A DNA stretch of 64,000 nt from Chiloscyllium plagiosum (Eukaryota), in the NCBI RefSeq assembly GCF_004010195.1, contig NC_057749.1, positions 10,223,939 to 10,287,938 of the forward strand, written 5' to 3'. Shown here piece after piece: positions 50,940 through 63,286 of this stretch (positions within the stretch are counted from its first letter, which is position 1; every line of letters starts with the position of its first letter). Position numbers and translations under genes: made by a program. A model generated the notes under the pieces. The model was not told the DNA's origin and searched no databases. It saw nothing but the letters and a program-made list of their open reading frames with translations.

Positions 50940-51900
50940 GAGGAAGGAGGTGGTGCAGCAAGGCCTGGGTATCCTCACTCACCAGTCACTAAAAGTAAGC
51001 ATTGCAGGAGCAGCAGACGGTGAAGAAGGCAAATGGTATGTTGCCTTCATGGTGAGAGGATTCGAGTACAGGAACAGGGATATCTTGCTGCAGTTATACG
51101 GAGCCTTGATGAGACCTCAGCTAGAGTTTTGCGCTCTGCTATGGTCTCCTTATCTGAGGAAGGATGTTCTGTTGATGGAGGAAACTCAAGAGAAGATTTA
51201 TCAGACTGTTTCCAGGGATGACAGGACTGACATGCAGGGAGACACTGGGTCAATCAGGACTGTATTCCTGTAGGAACAAATTATTGCAGATGCTGGAATC
51301 TATACTGAACAAATAAATACTGGAAATCACAGTAGGTCAGGCAGCATCCATGGACAGAGAGCAAGCTAAATGTTTCGAGTCCTGATGCAGGGTCACCTCG
51401 CCTCAAAACGTTAGCTTGTTTTCTCTCCACGGATGCTGCCTGACCCGCTGTGATCTCCAGCAGTTTTTTTGTTGGGACGATATTCATTAGAAGAATGAGA
51501 GTGATGGGGCAGAATGTCATGGAAACCTCTAAATTTCTGACAGGATTAAACAAGGTAGATGCAGCAAGGATGTTCTTGTGACTGGGAGGCCGGAACCAGG
51601 GGTCACAGTCTAAGGATAAGGGGTAAGCCTTCTGGGACCGAGATGAAGAGAAAGTCTGTCATCCTGAAAGTGGTGAGCCTGTAGAATTCACTGCCACAGG
51701 AAACTGTTGAGGCCAGAAATAATGAAGACTTTCAAGACAGATGTCGATACAGTTCTTAGGGCTAAAGGGAGCAAAGGGTATGGGGAGAAAGTGGAAACGG
51801 GGTGCTCAGTTGGATGATCAGCCATGATCATATTGAATGGTGGAGTAAGCTCAAAGGGCTGAATGGCCTCATACTCCTGTGTTCTGTCTTTCTATGTTGA
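50940..51900 (+). mobile_element. CR1 LINE 3' fragment with a nested fold-back element (~51272-51472)
   Basis: Encodes RGFEYRNRDILLQLYGALMRPQLEFCALLWSPYLRKD. The nested element has inverted arms. Confidence 0.82.
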
Positions 51901-52501
51901 TACAGGTACAATGCATTCAATAAGAGTGACTTTCAATCCCAGTTTAAGAGAGTGACTTCATTGTTGCTCCCCATCCCAATCAGTAGCAATTTTCAGCATC
52001 TATTTTCCAATTTAAAAAAAATGCATTTCCTATCTTTCTTCTGATTTTCAATTAAGAATAGAAAAGTGCAATTTCAGCTTAATTTGTTGATCCTCTCCCA
52101 TTAAACGTTCAATTTTGTCGCAATGAATTATATAATTTGCACTCAGGATGCAGTCTTTTCATTCCTGACGCATCTGTGATAGAGCCATAGAGTCGTAGAT
52201 TCACACAGCACAGAAACAGGCTCTTCGGTCCAACTCAAGGGAGAACAATACCGATACTGACGAGAGATGACCCTGGTCCAATTCAAATTGGAAACTGACC
52301 TTTAAGCAGCAATCCATACCTGAGAGATTGTTCAGTATCTAATACTGGGTGGAGCTGATTAGTTAGGCTGGGGTTCTGGGTATGTGGGTGGGTATAGGAA
52401 TTCCTATATGTTTGTTCCTGCATTTGCTAATTAGATGACTTTTTTTCTTGTTGCAGCTGAACGACTTGGAGAAACATCTGGGGTATCAGTGCCCCATCAA
52501 A

Positions 52502-52580
52502 ATGAAGAAAATGACACCAATGCACCTCTGGATAGTGCTGGTCACTGCCTGGATTCACCTCCCCCACATTCCAATCACAT
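52502..52580 (+). CDS. DUOX: Dual oxidase, first coding exon (signal peptide); exon acceptor at 52457
   Basis: Long polypyrimidine tract plus TTGCAG at 52456. Encodes MKKMTPMHLWIVLVTAWIHLPHIPIT, ends at a T|GTAAGT donor in phase 1, matching the next exon. Three in-frame ATGs make the exact start uncertain. Confidence 0.7.
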
Positions 52581-53973
52581 GTAAGTCAACTTGTCCTTTT
52601 TCAATATTGAGTATAGAGTGTAAAAGGGAGTTGGTGGTGGGAATCTGGAATTCACCGCCTGAAAAGGTGGTAGAGGCAGAAATTCTCATAATATTTAAGA
52701 TTTACATTGCTGGGATTGAAGGATTTGAACTGTAGGGAGAGGCTATATTGTTCTGGAGCATTGGTAGCTGAGGGTTGACCTTACATAGGTTTATAAAATC
52801 ATGAGGGGCATGGATAGGGTGATAGCCAATTTTATTTTCCCAGGGAAGGGGAGTCCAAAACCAGGAGCCATAGGCTTAAGGTGGAAAGGGAAAGATTTAA
52901 AAGACCTAAGGGCCAACTTTGTCGTGCAGAGGGTGGTACGTGTATAGAATGAGCTACCAGAGGAAGTGGTACAATTACAACATTTAAAAGGCATCTAGAT
53001 GGGTTGTATGAATAGGAAGGGTTTAGAGGGATATGGGCCAAGTGCTGACAAATGGGAATAGGTTAATTTAGGACAACTGGTACTGAAGGGTCTGTTTCGG
53101 TGCCGTGCAATTCTATGACTTTATGATTCCAAGTATCCAGGTGAACACAAGAAATGTGAAGCTATGAGCCAAGTGCTGGAAAATGGGATTAAAATAGTTA
53201 GGTGGTTGGCTTTGCAGACTCAATGGACTGAAGAGCCTTTTTATGTGCTGTAGATCCTCTATGACTCTATAGGTACCACTGTTAGCTCTTAAATATTTTT
53301 AATCAACCATGCTTTAATCAGACATGTGGCACACCTCTAGAGCAGGTGGGACTTCCTGACTCAGAGGTAGGAACAATGCAACTATGCCACCCTACCTCCT
53401 CTAGCTCTTGTACTTACTCTCTCTTGGTGGGAATATGGATGCCCTTGGCCCTGCCAGGGATTTATTGTCCATCGTTAATCTTTCCTGGGGTTGTCTCTAC
53501 CTTGACATTGCAGACCAACACCCATATTCCAACAACAATTTATTTTATGTTGTAAAACCGATCTGATAACAAATCAGTTGCTTGTTTATTGATGAACCTA
53601 CTTGGGCTTTTAAGGACTCGAGTCACGAGGTGGGACTTAAAGCCAGGACCTTGTGCTTCAAGGGCCAGAGTGTTCTCCACAGCTTAACTCTTACTGCTTG
53701 GTCCCCACCTTCCCCATCACTCTCACTGCTCTCTTCTCATATCCCTGCAATTGACTCCATGTACTTATTGTAATGTTCAAAATTTTAAAGTGCAGTCATG
53801 CTCTCAATCACATTGAGTTGTTCTTTAATGAATTATAAACCATTTTCTCATGTGCATAGATTTCTTCTGTTGTTAATCAGAACTTCCTTCACTTGTCAAT
53901 ATTTATTTAACAAGACGTGAGTGATTAATCTAAGCACTTTCATGTTGGTCACTTAATGTCTTGTCTTTCTAAG

Positions 53974-54057
53974 CTGCTCAGCAGAATATCAACTGGGAGA
54001 CACAGAGATATGATGGATGGTATAACAACCTTGCCTTTCATAGCCGAGGAGCAGCTG
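53974..54057 (+). CDS. DUOX: DUOX coding exon 2
   Basis: 84 bp, G|GTAAGA donor. Encodes [27 protein letters not shown] (WE.QRYDGW.NNL DUOX signature). Confidence 0.95.
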
Positions 54058-54254
54058 GTAAGAAGCTATCTCTTTTTCACGCTCTGTCATTTTAAATTCA
54101 CAAGCAAATATCTAACTCATCTTTAGCTTGAAATAGTTCCAAATGTTTAGGTTGGATGTTAATATCAGTGATATACAGTATGGAATCAGTGGAGCTTGAA
54201 TTAAGAACTTGAATGGGGGTTGTTATCAATGCAAGTCCCTAATATGGGGCAAAC

Positions 54255-54483
54255 GCTGTATCCACGGAGTCAGTTACCCCAGTTTCAGTTACCCGCGGTT
54301 TACTGTGGCCCAAATATATTACAGGGAACGTTCCAGAACCAGGGACCAGGGGGGCTGCCAGGAAGGTAAATATCCCAATTAAATGATTGGGTTCCTTCCT
54401 ATCTGCAGTTTTGGGTTTCCACGGTAGTTCTTAGAACACATTCCCCCACGGGTAGGGGGGTGGGGGAGGGGAGGCCTACTGTA
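54255..54483. mobile_element. Tigger/MER44-like DNA transposon MITE
   Basis: GTTTCAGTTACCCGCGG...TTCCAGAA near the left end and GGGGG...CTACTG|TA at the right end resemble pogo/Tigger non-autonomous elements. The left TIR is degraded. Confidence 0.55.
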
Positions 54484-56282
54484 CTCCCCAGTGTGCATGG
54501 TTTTCTCATGACTTGCAATCTGAAAGTTTACTTCCTGAAGGCAAAGTCACCACCGTCCCTAGATGGAAAGAGAGAGACATATGGCGAGTTCAACCTGAGG
54601 GTCATCACTTCTCAGGCAAAGTTGAGAAAGCAGAGCCTTCATTGCAACCTCGGCTACTACAGGAATTGAACCCACAGTGTTGGCATTACTCTCTATCACA
54701 AACCAGCCATCCAACAAACTGAACCATCAGTTACTATCGAATCACTCATTTGTAGGGAACCTAAACATTGTTAGGAGGAAACAAGAAGTCAAAGATTTTT
54801 GTCTTGAACTCATTGGGACCAGGAAGCAAGAAGCAAACTAGAGAAAAGGGAGTTCTGAAGGTTATTTAAGGGACACCCTTTTGTACAACATGAGAAGAGG
54901 ATATGGATGGGTTGGGCCATTATTAGCATGGGGATGTGGCAAGAACAGTTAACTGTCACTCTCAGTTCTCAGGCCAGGCAGGTAGATTCTGATTGGTCAG
55001 GATAATACAATCTGACCGATCAAGTCCACTTGCCTGGTTTGAGAACTAAGATTGACAGCTAACTACTCTTGCTGTATATCCATGCTCAATCTCTCCTCAT
55101 GCCGTCCACTCTTTCTAGTCTGTTTTTTTTTGTGTGTCCTATTGCCCGTGGAGTGCAAGGCAAAGAGTTTCAACTTCTTCTCTCCCCAATATTACAGAAT
55201 CTTAAAATCTGCAGCACAGAAGGAGCCATTATATCTGTGCTGGCTGAAAAGGAGTTATCCAGTCAAAAGCCACTTTCTGTCACTTGGTCAGTAGTCCTGC
55301 AGATACAGCACCAGAGCTGTATTTCCAAGATTTGTTTCTTTGAATGCAATGAGTTTTTCAGTTGCAACTACTTTTTTTCAGGCAATGAGTTTCAGGCCTC
55401 CGCCACCTTCTGGGTGATAAATAAAAGTTTTCTGAACTCCCCTAATGCCTTTAATTTTATCTATCCTTGTTATTGACCCCAGTGTTAACAAAAACAAGTC
55501 CTTCCTTTCACCTAGGTTCCTCAAGTTTATACACCTCATTGGAATCCTACCTTAGTGCCAAATCAAACCCGCTCAACTTGTCCAAGTTCTCCTCATAGCT
55601 AAAATTCTCCAATGCTGACAGAATTCTTGTAAATCTCAAGACTAGTGCAGTCAGTCTTTCCTGTAATGTTGGAACTGGATGCAGTACTGTAGCTGTGATC
55701 TATCCAGTGTTATATACAGGGCTGCTTAGTACTACCACAATGTGGGTACAGCTCCTTGTGTAGATATTTTCAATTCAGGCACATCTCTGGACCTCTTATT
55801 CATTGCATCGCTGTTAAGGGCATCCTTTACTGCTCACCCCTAATTGCCCTTGTGAATTAAGAGTTAACCAAGTTGCTTTGGATTGGATGGATACTTCCTT
55901 CGCTGAAGGGCTGTAGTGAACCAGATGGATTTGTGCAACCTCTGATGATAATTTCATGCTTATAATGCATAGCTTGCAAATCCAGATTTACCATTCAAGT
56001 TCCACCGATGGCCACAATAGGGTTTGAATGAGTCCAGCTACAGCATTAGCTTAGAGCACAGTGTTACTGGCCCAACGATGTGACCACTATACTGCCATTT
56101 TCCCCAGTTTGCCTGGGTAAGACCTGCCTCCATTAAAGCAGCTACAAATTTACCGTCGAATTAATAGTCTTAACAATGTGAAGTCTGAATTGCTGCTTTG
56201 CTTTTAGTGTCTAGCATTTCCAGCTATGCTTTACAGAAGCAAGAGGTGCAAAGCTATCGCACTTCAGGGATGCAGCAGAAGG

Positions 56283-56602
56283 TCAGCACGGTGGCTCAGT
56301 GGTTAGCACTGCTACCTCACAGCACCAGGGGCATGGGTTTGATTCCAGCCTTGGCGACTGTCTGTGTGGAGTTTGAATGTTCTCCCTGTGCCTGCACCTG
56401 CAGGTGCTTTGGTTTCCTCCCACAGTTCAAAGATATGTAGGTTAGCTGGATTAGCTATGCTAAATTGCCTGTTGTGTCTGGGGATGTGCAGGCTAGGTGG
56501 ATTAATTATGGGGAAATGTGGGGTTACAGGGATTGGGTGATGCTCCTTGGTGGGTTGGTATGGGCTGAATGGCCTGCTTCCACAATATAGGGATTCTATG
56601 AC
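56283..56602 (+). mobile_element. HE1-type V-SINE (older copy)
   Basis: tRNA-like head and V-domain core. Confidence 0.82.
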
Positions 56603-56908
56603 TTAAGAAGTGTGATCGCAGTGGGATTATAGCCCGGTGCAGGCAATCAGTTGGGATGAAAGTATCTGGGATGAAACACCCTGATGTTTGTAGCCAATCC
56701 CCACTCTCTGCAGCTGAAGGTCCCTATTGTAATGGGAGTTGTTTGTTGTTTTTGGCAAAGGGCTGTTTGCTGAACCATGCACTACTGTACCTGATAATTT
56801 CTCAGGAGACAGGTTGTGCACAGGTGTAATTATTGCAGTGCATGGTTGGTCAGTCAAAGTAATCTCCTTCCGCCCCTGTGAAAAGACAATGCGTGTTTCT
56901 TTCTGCAG

Positions 56909-57073
56909 AATCACCGTTTATGCGCCGGTTGCCTGCTAGGTATGCAGATGGGGTGTACCAGGCTTTGAGTGAGCCCAAAGTACCGAATGCACGAATCCTC
57001 AGTAATATCATATCAAATGGATCATCAGGACTTTCATCCATCACGAATAGCACGGTGCTGAGTGTTTTCTTTG
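56909..57073 (+). CDS. DUOX: DUOX coding exon 3 (peroxidase-like domain)
   Basis: TTCTGCAG acceptor, G|GTAAGG donor, 165 bp. Encodes [55 protein letters not shown]. Confidence 0.96.
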
Positions 57074-57443
57074 GTAAGGATTCAGTTTATGAGGATGCAC
57101 ACAATTCCAGTGCTACAGGAACATGGGGAGAAGGTTGCCTATGACTGCTCTCTGTGCTACTTGTGCTTACAACCCAACCACCAGGCCTTCATAAGCACAG
57201 TTACTGCCCACAGTGCCCAGAGAGAAGCTTCCCCTCGTATCATCAATTCATTTTTTATAAATTTGCTCACGGAATGTGAGTATCTCTGCCCATCCCTAAT
57301 TGCCCAGAGGGGCAGTTAGGAGTCAATCACATTGCTGTGGGTCTGGAGTCACGTGTAGGCCAGACCAGGTAAGGATGGCAGATTTCCCACTCTAAAGGGC
57401 ATTATCTAACCAGATGGGATCTTCCCCCTGACAATTCACAGGG

Positions 57444-57782
57444 TACAGTGTGGAAACAGACCATCCAACCTCAACAAGTCCACACTGACTCACGGAAGAG
57501 TAACCCACTCAGACCCATGCCCCTACCCCCCATTACTCTACATTTCTCCTGAATAATGCACCTAACCTACACATGCCTGAACATTAAGGGCAATTTGGCA
57601 CGGCCAATTCACCTGACCTGCACGTCTTTGGACTGTGGGAGGAAACTGGAGCACCCGGAGGAAGCCCACACAGATACGGGGAGAATGTGCAAACTCCCAC
57701 AGACAGTTGCCCGAGACTGGAATCAATCCTGGGTCCCTGGCACTGTGAGGTAGCAGTGCTAACCACTGAGCCATCGTGCCTC
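57444..57782 (-). mobile_element. HE1-type V-SINE nested in a second SINE family copy
   Basis: Reverse copy; the flanks on both sides match 18110-18465. Confidence 0.85.
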
Positions 57783-58699
57783 CCCTGACATTGGTTTCCT
57801 GGTCATTGTTAAACCCTTAATTCCAGATTTTTTCTATTGAATTCAAATTTTAATGCATCTGCCACGGCAGGATTTGAACCCAGATGCACAGAACATTAGC
57901 TGAGTTTCTGGATTAACCATAATGCTACTAAGCTATTGCCTCCCACTTCCATCTTATCGATTTGCCAGAACCTTTAGTTTCTCTGTTGCATAATGTGAGA
58001 GGAATGGGAAGTAGAATCAAGATGGTTGTTGGATAGTTTGGAAAGTTTATGTTTTAGGAATTCCTCTTATTTAAGACATACTTGAGAAAAGGAATGTCCT
58101 GGTTTCTAAATACAGTGACATTGTAAATGTATGTCTCCATAATGGAACTGCTGGTAAAATGCAAAGTTTATCTTCATAGCTATTTTTTCTACCTGTCTAT
58201 CCATTCTTGTGATTTTTGTCAGCTTAGTTCATGCAGTTCAATTACAAAGTTCACTAGAATTATTGTAAAGTAGCTCTTTCCCCACAACAAAAAGAACTCT
58301 TGAGCCGGGGAAATTCATTTTGAAATGGAGCATGTGCACCTTGAATGTAAATCAGGCAATAAATTAACAGCGATGTGCTACAAATGATCAGAGATAGGGC
58401 CCATGCAGAGAAGAGAAACGTTTGGAACAAAGATGAATGATTTAGATCCCAGCATCATGTGCAAACTGACAAGGTGTTTGTTGATCAGTATAATAGAATT
58501 GGAAAAGTGATTGTTTTCCGCTAGTGAGCAAGTTATTCAACTGGGATAAATACCAAGGTGAATGTTACACTGCATCAAGAAATCTTGAGACTTGTCCCTA
58601 GTTTGAGAGGAGTCTCTTTAATAGATTTACTGGTTTTGTTTTGAATGAGAAATTACATGATAAAAAACCATTATATTTTGCTCTTCCAAACTTCAACAG

Positions 58700-58887
58700 G
58701 ATACCATGTAATGTTTGAGATTTTAGACACAAGGCATCCTGCCTGTCCTCCTGAGTTTCTGGATGTTGTGATTCCGCATGGCGACACGGTATTCGATCCC
58801 AATGGGACAGAGAGTGTGAGGCTGCTGTTTCAACGCAGCGGGTGGGATCACCAATCAGGGCATAGCCCCAACAACCCGAGGAACCAG
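58700..58887 (+). CDS. DUOX: DUOX coding exon 4 (peroxidase-like domain)
   Basis: CAACAG acceptor, CAG|GTAAGA donor, 188 bp. Encodes GYHVMFEILDTRHPACPPEFLDVVIPHGDTVFDPNGTESVRLLFQRSGWDHQSGHSPNNPRNQ. Confidence 0.96.
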
Positions 58888-59689
58888 GTAAGACGGGTAT
58901 GTGGAGAAGAAAGTTCAGGAACACATCAGAACCTTTAACCAATCAAAGTAATGCCCTCTAGCTCCCCCCACCAAAGGTGTGTACAGAAGGGACAGGTGAC
59001 ACCAGCTGGATGGGCACACAGGAGGCTGGAACAACACAGCGAGCTCAGACACATCAGGAGGTGGAGAAGTTAACATTTCGGGTGTAACCTTCATTCAGGC
59101 TATGCCTGAACTGTCAAGTTCTCCACCTCTTGATGCTATCTGGCCTGCTGTGTTCTTCCAGCCTCCTGCCTGTCTACTTTGTATCCAGCATCTGCAGACA
59201 TTTTGTTCCTAACCAGCTGGATGGGAGAAGACTTCAGAATCTGCCCTCCATCTTCTCCTTTTTGCGTGGACCTTTGAGGTCCATACGCAGCAGCACTTTC
59301 TGAAACCAAATGACAACACAACGCTTAGAGGGAATGACAGGAAGGAAGCAGCACTGCTGAGATCAGCACATTCCCCGCGCTGTGACATCAGCACCAGTGC
59401 ATGCACAGAGGACCCACTGTTACGTCGTGTTTAAAAATGACAGACAGTCCCTTGTGCTACCTCAGCCACTCCCTAACGAGCTCCCTGGTGGCTTCTCTTT
59501 CCCAAGCCTGAAAGTTGGTGCTTGGAGCGATGTTTGAAAGCACTTTGATAAACAAGGTGTTTGGAACTCTCTTCCAAAGGTGAATGCTGGATTTGTTGTT
59601 AATTTTATATCTGAGATAGGTGGCATTTTGTGAAGCAAAGGTATGAAAGGATAAGGGCCAAAGGCAGATATATGGAGTTCAGCCACACA

Positions 59690-60250
59690 GAAACATAGAA
59701 ACATTGAAGATAGGAACAGGAGGAAGCCATTCGGCCCTTTGAACCTGCCCTGCCATTCATCGCAATCATGGCTGATTGTCCAATTCAATAACCTAATCCT
59801 GCTTTCTCTCCATAACCTTCAATCCCATTTACGCCAAGTGCTATATCTAGCTGACTCTTGAATACACTTAATGTTTTGGCATCAACTACTTCCTGTGGTA
59901 ATGAATTCCACAGGCTCACCACTCTCTGGGTTAAGAAATGTCTCTTTGTCTCTGTTCTAAATGGTCCACCCCAAATCCTCAGTGTGATGCCTGGTTCCCG
60001 ACACACTCACCATCAGGAACATCCTCCCTGCACCTATCCAATGTGGCCCTGTTAGAATTTATAAGTTCCTATGAGACCCCCCCCCCCCCTCACTCTTCTG
60101 AACTCCAGCCAAAACAATCCTAACCCAGTCAACCTCTCTTCATACATCAGTCCCATCATCCCCGGAATCAGCCTGGATAAACCTTCACTGCACTCCCCTC
60201 GGGAGCAGGACCATCCTTCCTCAGAAAAGGAGACTGAAAATGCACCCAAT
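59690..60250 (-). mobile_element. CR1 LINE 3' fragment
   Basis: Encodes FRTETKRHFLTQRVVSLWNSLPQEVV; (TTCTATGT)-type tail. Confidence 0.85.
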
Positions 60251-60928
60251 ATCTGAACCTTGTTGTGATTACATTATTAGTTGAATTCTTATTTTACTTT
60301 GCACTACCCGTTAAGGTATTGTCCATATTTATTTATGCAGGTGTTGACCTGATTTTGTTTGTGTAGAGGTGGAAAGATTGAGAATATTACACATTCATGT
60401 TAGGTTTATAGAATATTGGTGTCTCAGTTAGTGTCCATACCTCAACAATGTTGCCAATTGGAGGCCATAAGGGACAAGCAAAGTAAATTATTATGTGCAT
60501 ACCTTGCCTTTAAAAGAGTTCACCAGTAACGACTCTACATGATGTGTGTACGCACTGTTGCGACTCTGCCTGACAGTGTGTTATGGGTTTACAAGCTGTG
60601 CACACAGAAAGGAATTGATTTGGTGTAAAGTCTGCTTCGTAACTTATAATGTGTTTTACCATTTTAATTGAACTAGCCCACAGGTCGATCAGTCCTTGAA
60701 AAGCTATTGATTATTAGACCCTCGTTGTCATAGCAATGATTGCAAACATGGCTTGTAAGCGAAAGATTAAAGAAGGAAAGCAGCAGGCTACACCAGGAGT
60801 AAGCAGATCCGTGAAGCAATGAACCAGTTGGAGAGAGAAAACTAAATCAGAAGGACTTTATAACATTTTCTTTCTCTTTGGCTTGCCCTTAATGAATCAT
60901 TTTAATCCACTCCATTGATTTCCAACAG

Positions 60929-61130
60929 GTCAATGAAGTTACCGCATGGATAGATGGAAGCTCCATTTACGGATCGTCCCATTCTTGGTGTGACGAGTTA
61001 CGGAGTTTCTCTGGTGGCCGACTTGCTTCGGGCTCGGACCCACTGCTTCCGAAACCAAGCACTGGAAAGTTGCCTATGTGGAATCACCCTGATCCAGCCA
61101 CTGGCCAGACTGGCCTTCAAGGATTTTACG
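60929..61130 (+). CDS. DUOX: DUOX coding exon 5 (peroxidase-like domain); gene continues beyond the window
   Basis: CAACAG acceptor, G|GTGAAT donor, 202 bp. Encodes [67 protein letters not shown]. Not present in the ORF track. Confidence 0.96.
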
Positions 61131-61484
61131 GTGAATATACAATATTTTGAACTTGTGACAAGTGGATAATGGCAATTAGTCATTATAATTTGTTCTAAGT
61201 ACTGCTGTGCTCAGTATCATGCCAATGTAAAGCAGATAGATGCAGTAGCATTGAATAGCTGCCAACATTGTATTGTTCAATTTCATTAAGGGCAAAATCT
61301 AGGAAACCACCACTCATGGATTAATGTTTGCTTGTGTTAGGCACGTTTTATCTATTAAATGCAATTCAACTTGCTTATCAACCTTAAAATGTTTCACATA
61401 ATTAGAGTTCTGAGTACACATAATCTATATAAATAATTAAAGTCAACTTTGTGAATTAGTTTTCTGAGGACATAACAAAAAAGA

Positions 61485-62895
61485 TTAATGAGTGCAGGGT
61501 TTTAGACATTGTCTACATGGACTTTAGTAAAGCCTTCATAAGGTTCTGCATGGTAGACTGATTAGTGAAGTTAGATCACATGGGATTCAGGGAGAGGTTG
61601 CCAATTGGAGATAAAGTTAGCTTAATGATAGAGGGTTGTTTTTCAGACTGGAGGCCTGTGACCAACAGTGTTCTGCAGGGATCAGTGCTGGGTTTACTTT
61701 TGTTTGTAATTTACATAAACAATTTGGGATGAGAAGTTAGTATGTATGGTTAGTAAGTTTGTGGATGATACCAAACTTGGAGGTATTCAAGATTCACAAA
61801 TTCAATCAATAAGCACATCGACCTGGACCCAATATACCGACCACTGCAACAGACAGCTGGAACTGACACCCGGAAGCGGCAGATTCAAACCACTATAAAT
61901 GCCGGAGGAAACAACACCGAAACGTTTCACAGGAGGCTCCCAAGCACTGAGGATGTCACCTAGACAGGGGACGAAACGTCTGCAACACAAATTCCCAGCT
62001 CGGCGAACAGAACCACAACAACTTGGAGGTATAGTTGACAATGAAGAAGATTATCTGAGGCCTTGATTAATTGAGCCAATGGGCTGAGGAGTGGCAGATG
62101 GAGTTGGATTTGGACAAATGTGAGGCATTGCATTTTGGTAAAACAAACGAGGGCAGGACATATACAGTTAATGGTAGGGCCCTGGATAATGTTGTAAAAT
62201 AGTGACCTTGGAGTTCAGGTACACAGTTCTTTGAAAGTTGCATCATAGGTAGACAGGGTAGTTAAGAAAGACCATTTAGCATGCATGCCTTCATTGCTCA
62301 GACCACTGAGTGTAGGATTGGGAAGTCATGCTAAGGCTGTATAGGGATTGGTGAGATCACTTCTGGAGCACTGTGTCCAGTTCTGGTCGCATTGCTATAG
62401 GAGGGATATTATAAAGCTGGAGAGGGTTCAGAAAAGACTGACCAGGATGTTGCTGGGACTGGAAGAGTTGACTTATAAGGATAGGCTGGGAGTTTTTTCA
62501 CTGGAGTGCAGGAGGTTGAAGGGTGACCTTACAAAGCTTTATAGAATTATGAGGGGCACAGATAAGGTGACTAGCAAATGTCTTTTCCTGAGGGTGGGTG
62601 AGTTCAAAAGTAGGGGGGGGGGGGCATATTTGAAGGTAGAGAAGAAAGATTTAAAGGGACTTGAGGGGCAACTTTTTCACATGGTGGGTGGTTCATGTGT
62701 GGAATCAACTGCCAGAGGAAGTGGTAGATGCAGGTACAGTTACAACATTTAAAAAACATTTGGACATGTACATGAATAAGAAAGGTTTAGATGGCCAAAT
62801 GGAGGCAATTGGGACTGGTTTAGTTTGGGAAACTGGTCGGCATGGATGAATTGGACGAAAGGGTCTGTTTCCATGCTGTATGTCTCTATGACTAA
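61485..62895 (+). mobile_element. CR1 LINE ORF2 3' fragment
   Basis: RT motifs DIVYMDFSKAF, LQGSVLG, FVDDTKLGG and later VRSLLEHCVQFWS, with stops and frameshifts. Confidence 0.9.
61787..62019 (+). mobile_element. Penelope family C fragment inserted in CR1, with 13-bp TSD
   Basis: TSD AACTTGGAGGTAT at 61774-61786 and 62020-62032. Encodes NSINKHIDLDPIYRPL; hammerhead core at 61944-61983. Confidence 0.88.
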
Positions 62896-62957
62896 CCTCT
62901 CACAAGGTAACTAAACTGGTTAGAGTGTTACTGAGAAACCTAACATCTTAACATCGT

Positions 62958-63286
62958 GGGCGGCACGGTGGCACAGTGGTTAGCACTGCTGCCTCACAGC
63001 GCCAGAGACCCGGGTTCAATTCCCGCCTCAGGCGACTGACTGTGTGGAGTTTGCACATTCTCCCCGTGTCTGCGTGGGTTTCCTCCGGGTGCTCCGGTTT
63101 CCTCCCACAGTCCAAAGATGTGCAGGTCAGGTGAATTGGCCATGCTAAATTGCCCGTAGTGTTAGGTAAGGGGTAAATGTAGGGGTATGGGTGGGTTGCG
63201 CTTCGGCGGGTCGGTGTGGACTTGTTGGGCCGAAGGGCCTGTTTCCACACTGTAAGTAATCTAATCTAATCTAATCTAATCTAATC
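62958..63286 (+). mobile_element. Full-length young HE1-type V-SINE
   Basis: Intact A box GGTGGCACAGTGG and B box GGTTCAATTCC, CpGs retained, (TAATC)6 tail. Confidence 0.93.

Noticed and set aside
62958..63035. tRNA-like sequence (also at the other SINE heads)
   Set aside because: These are tRNA-derived SINE heads followed by a V-domain and LINE-like tail, not tRNA genes.
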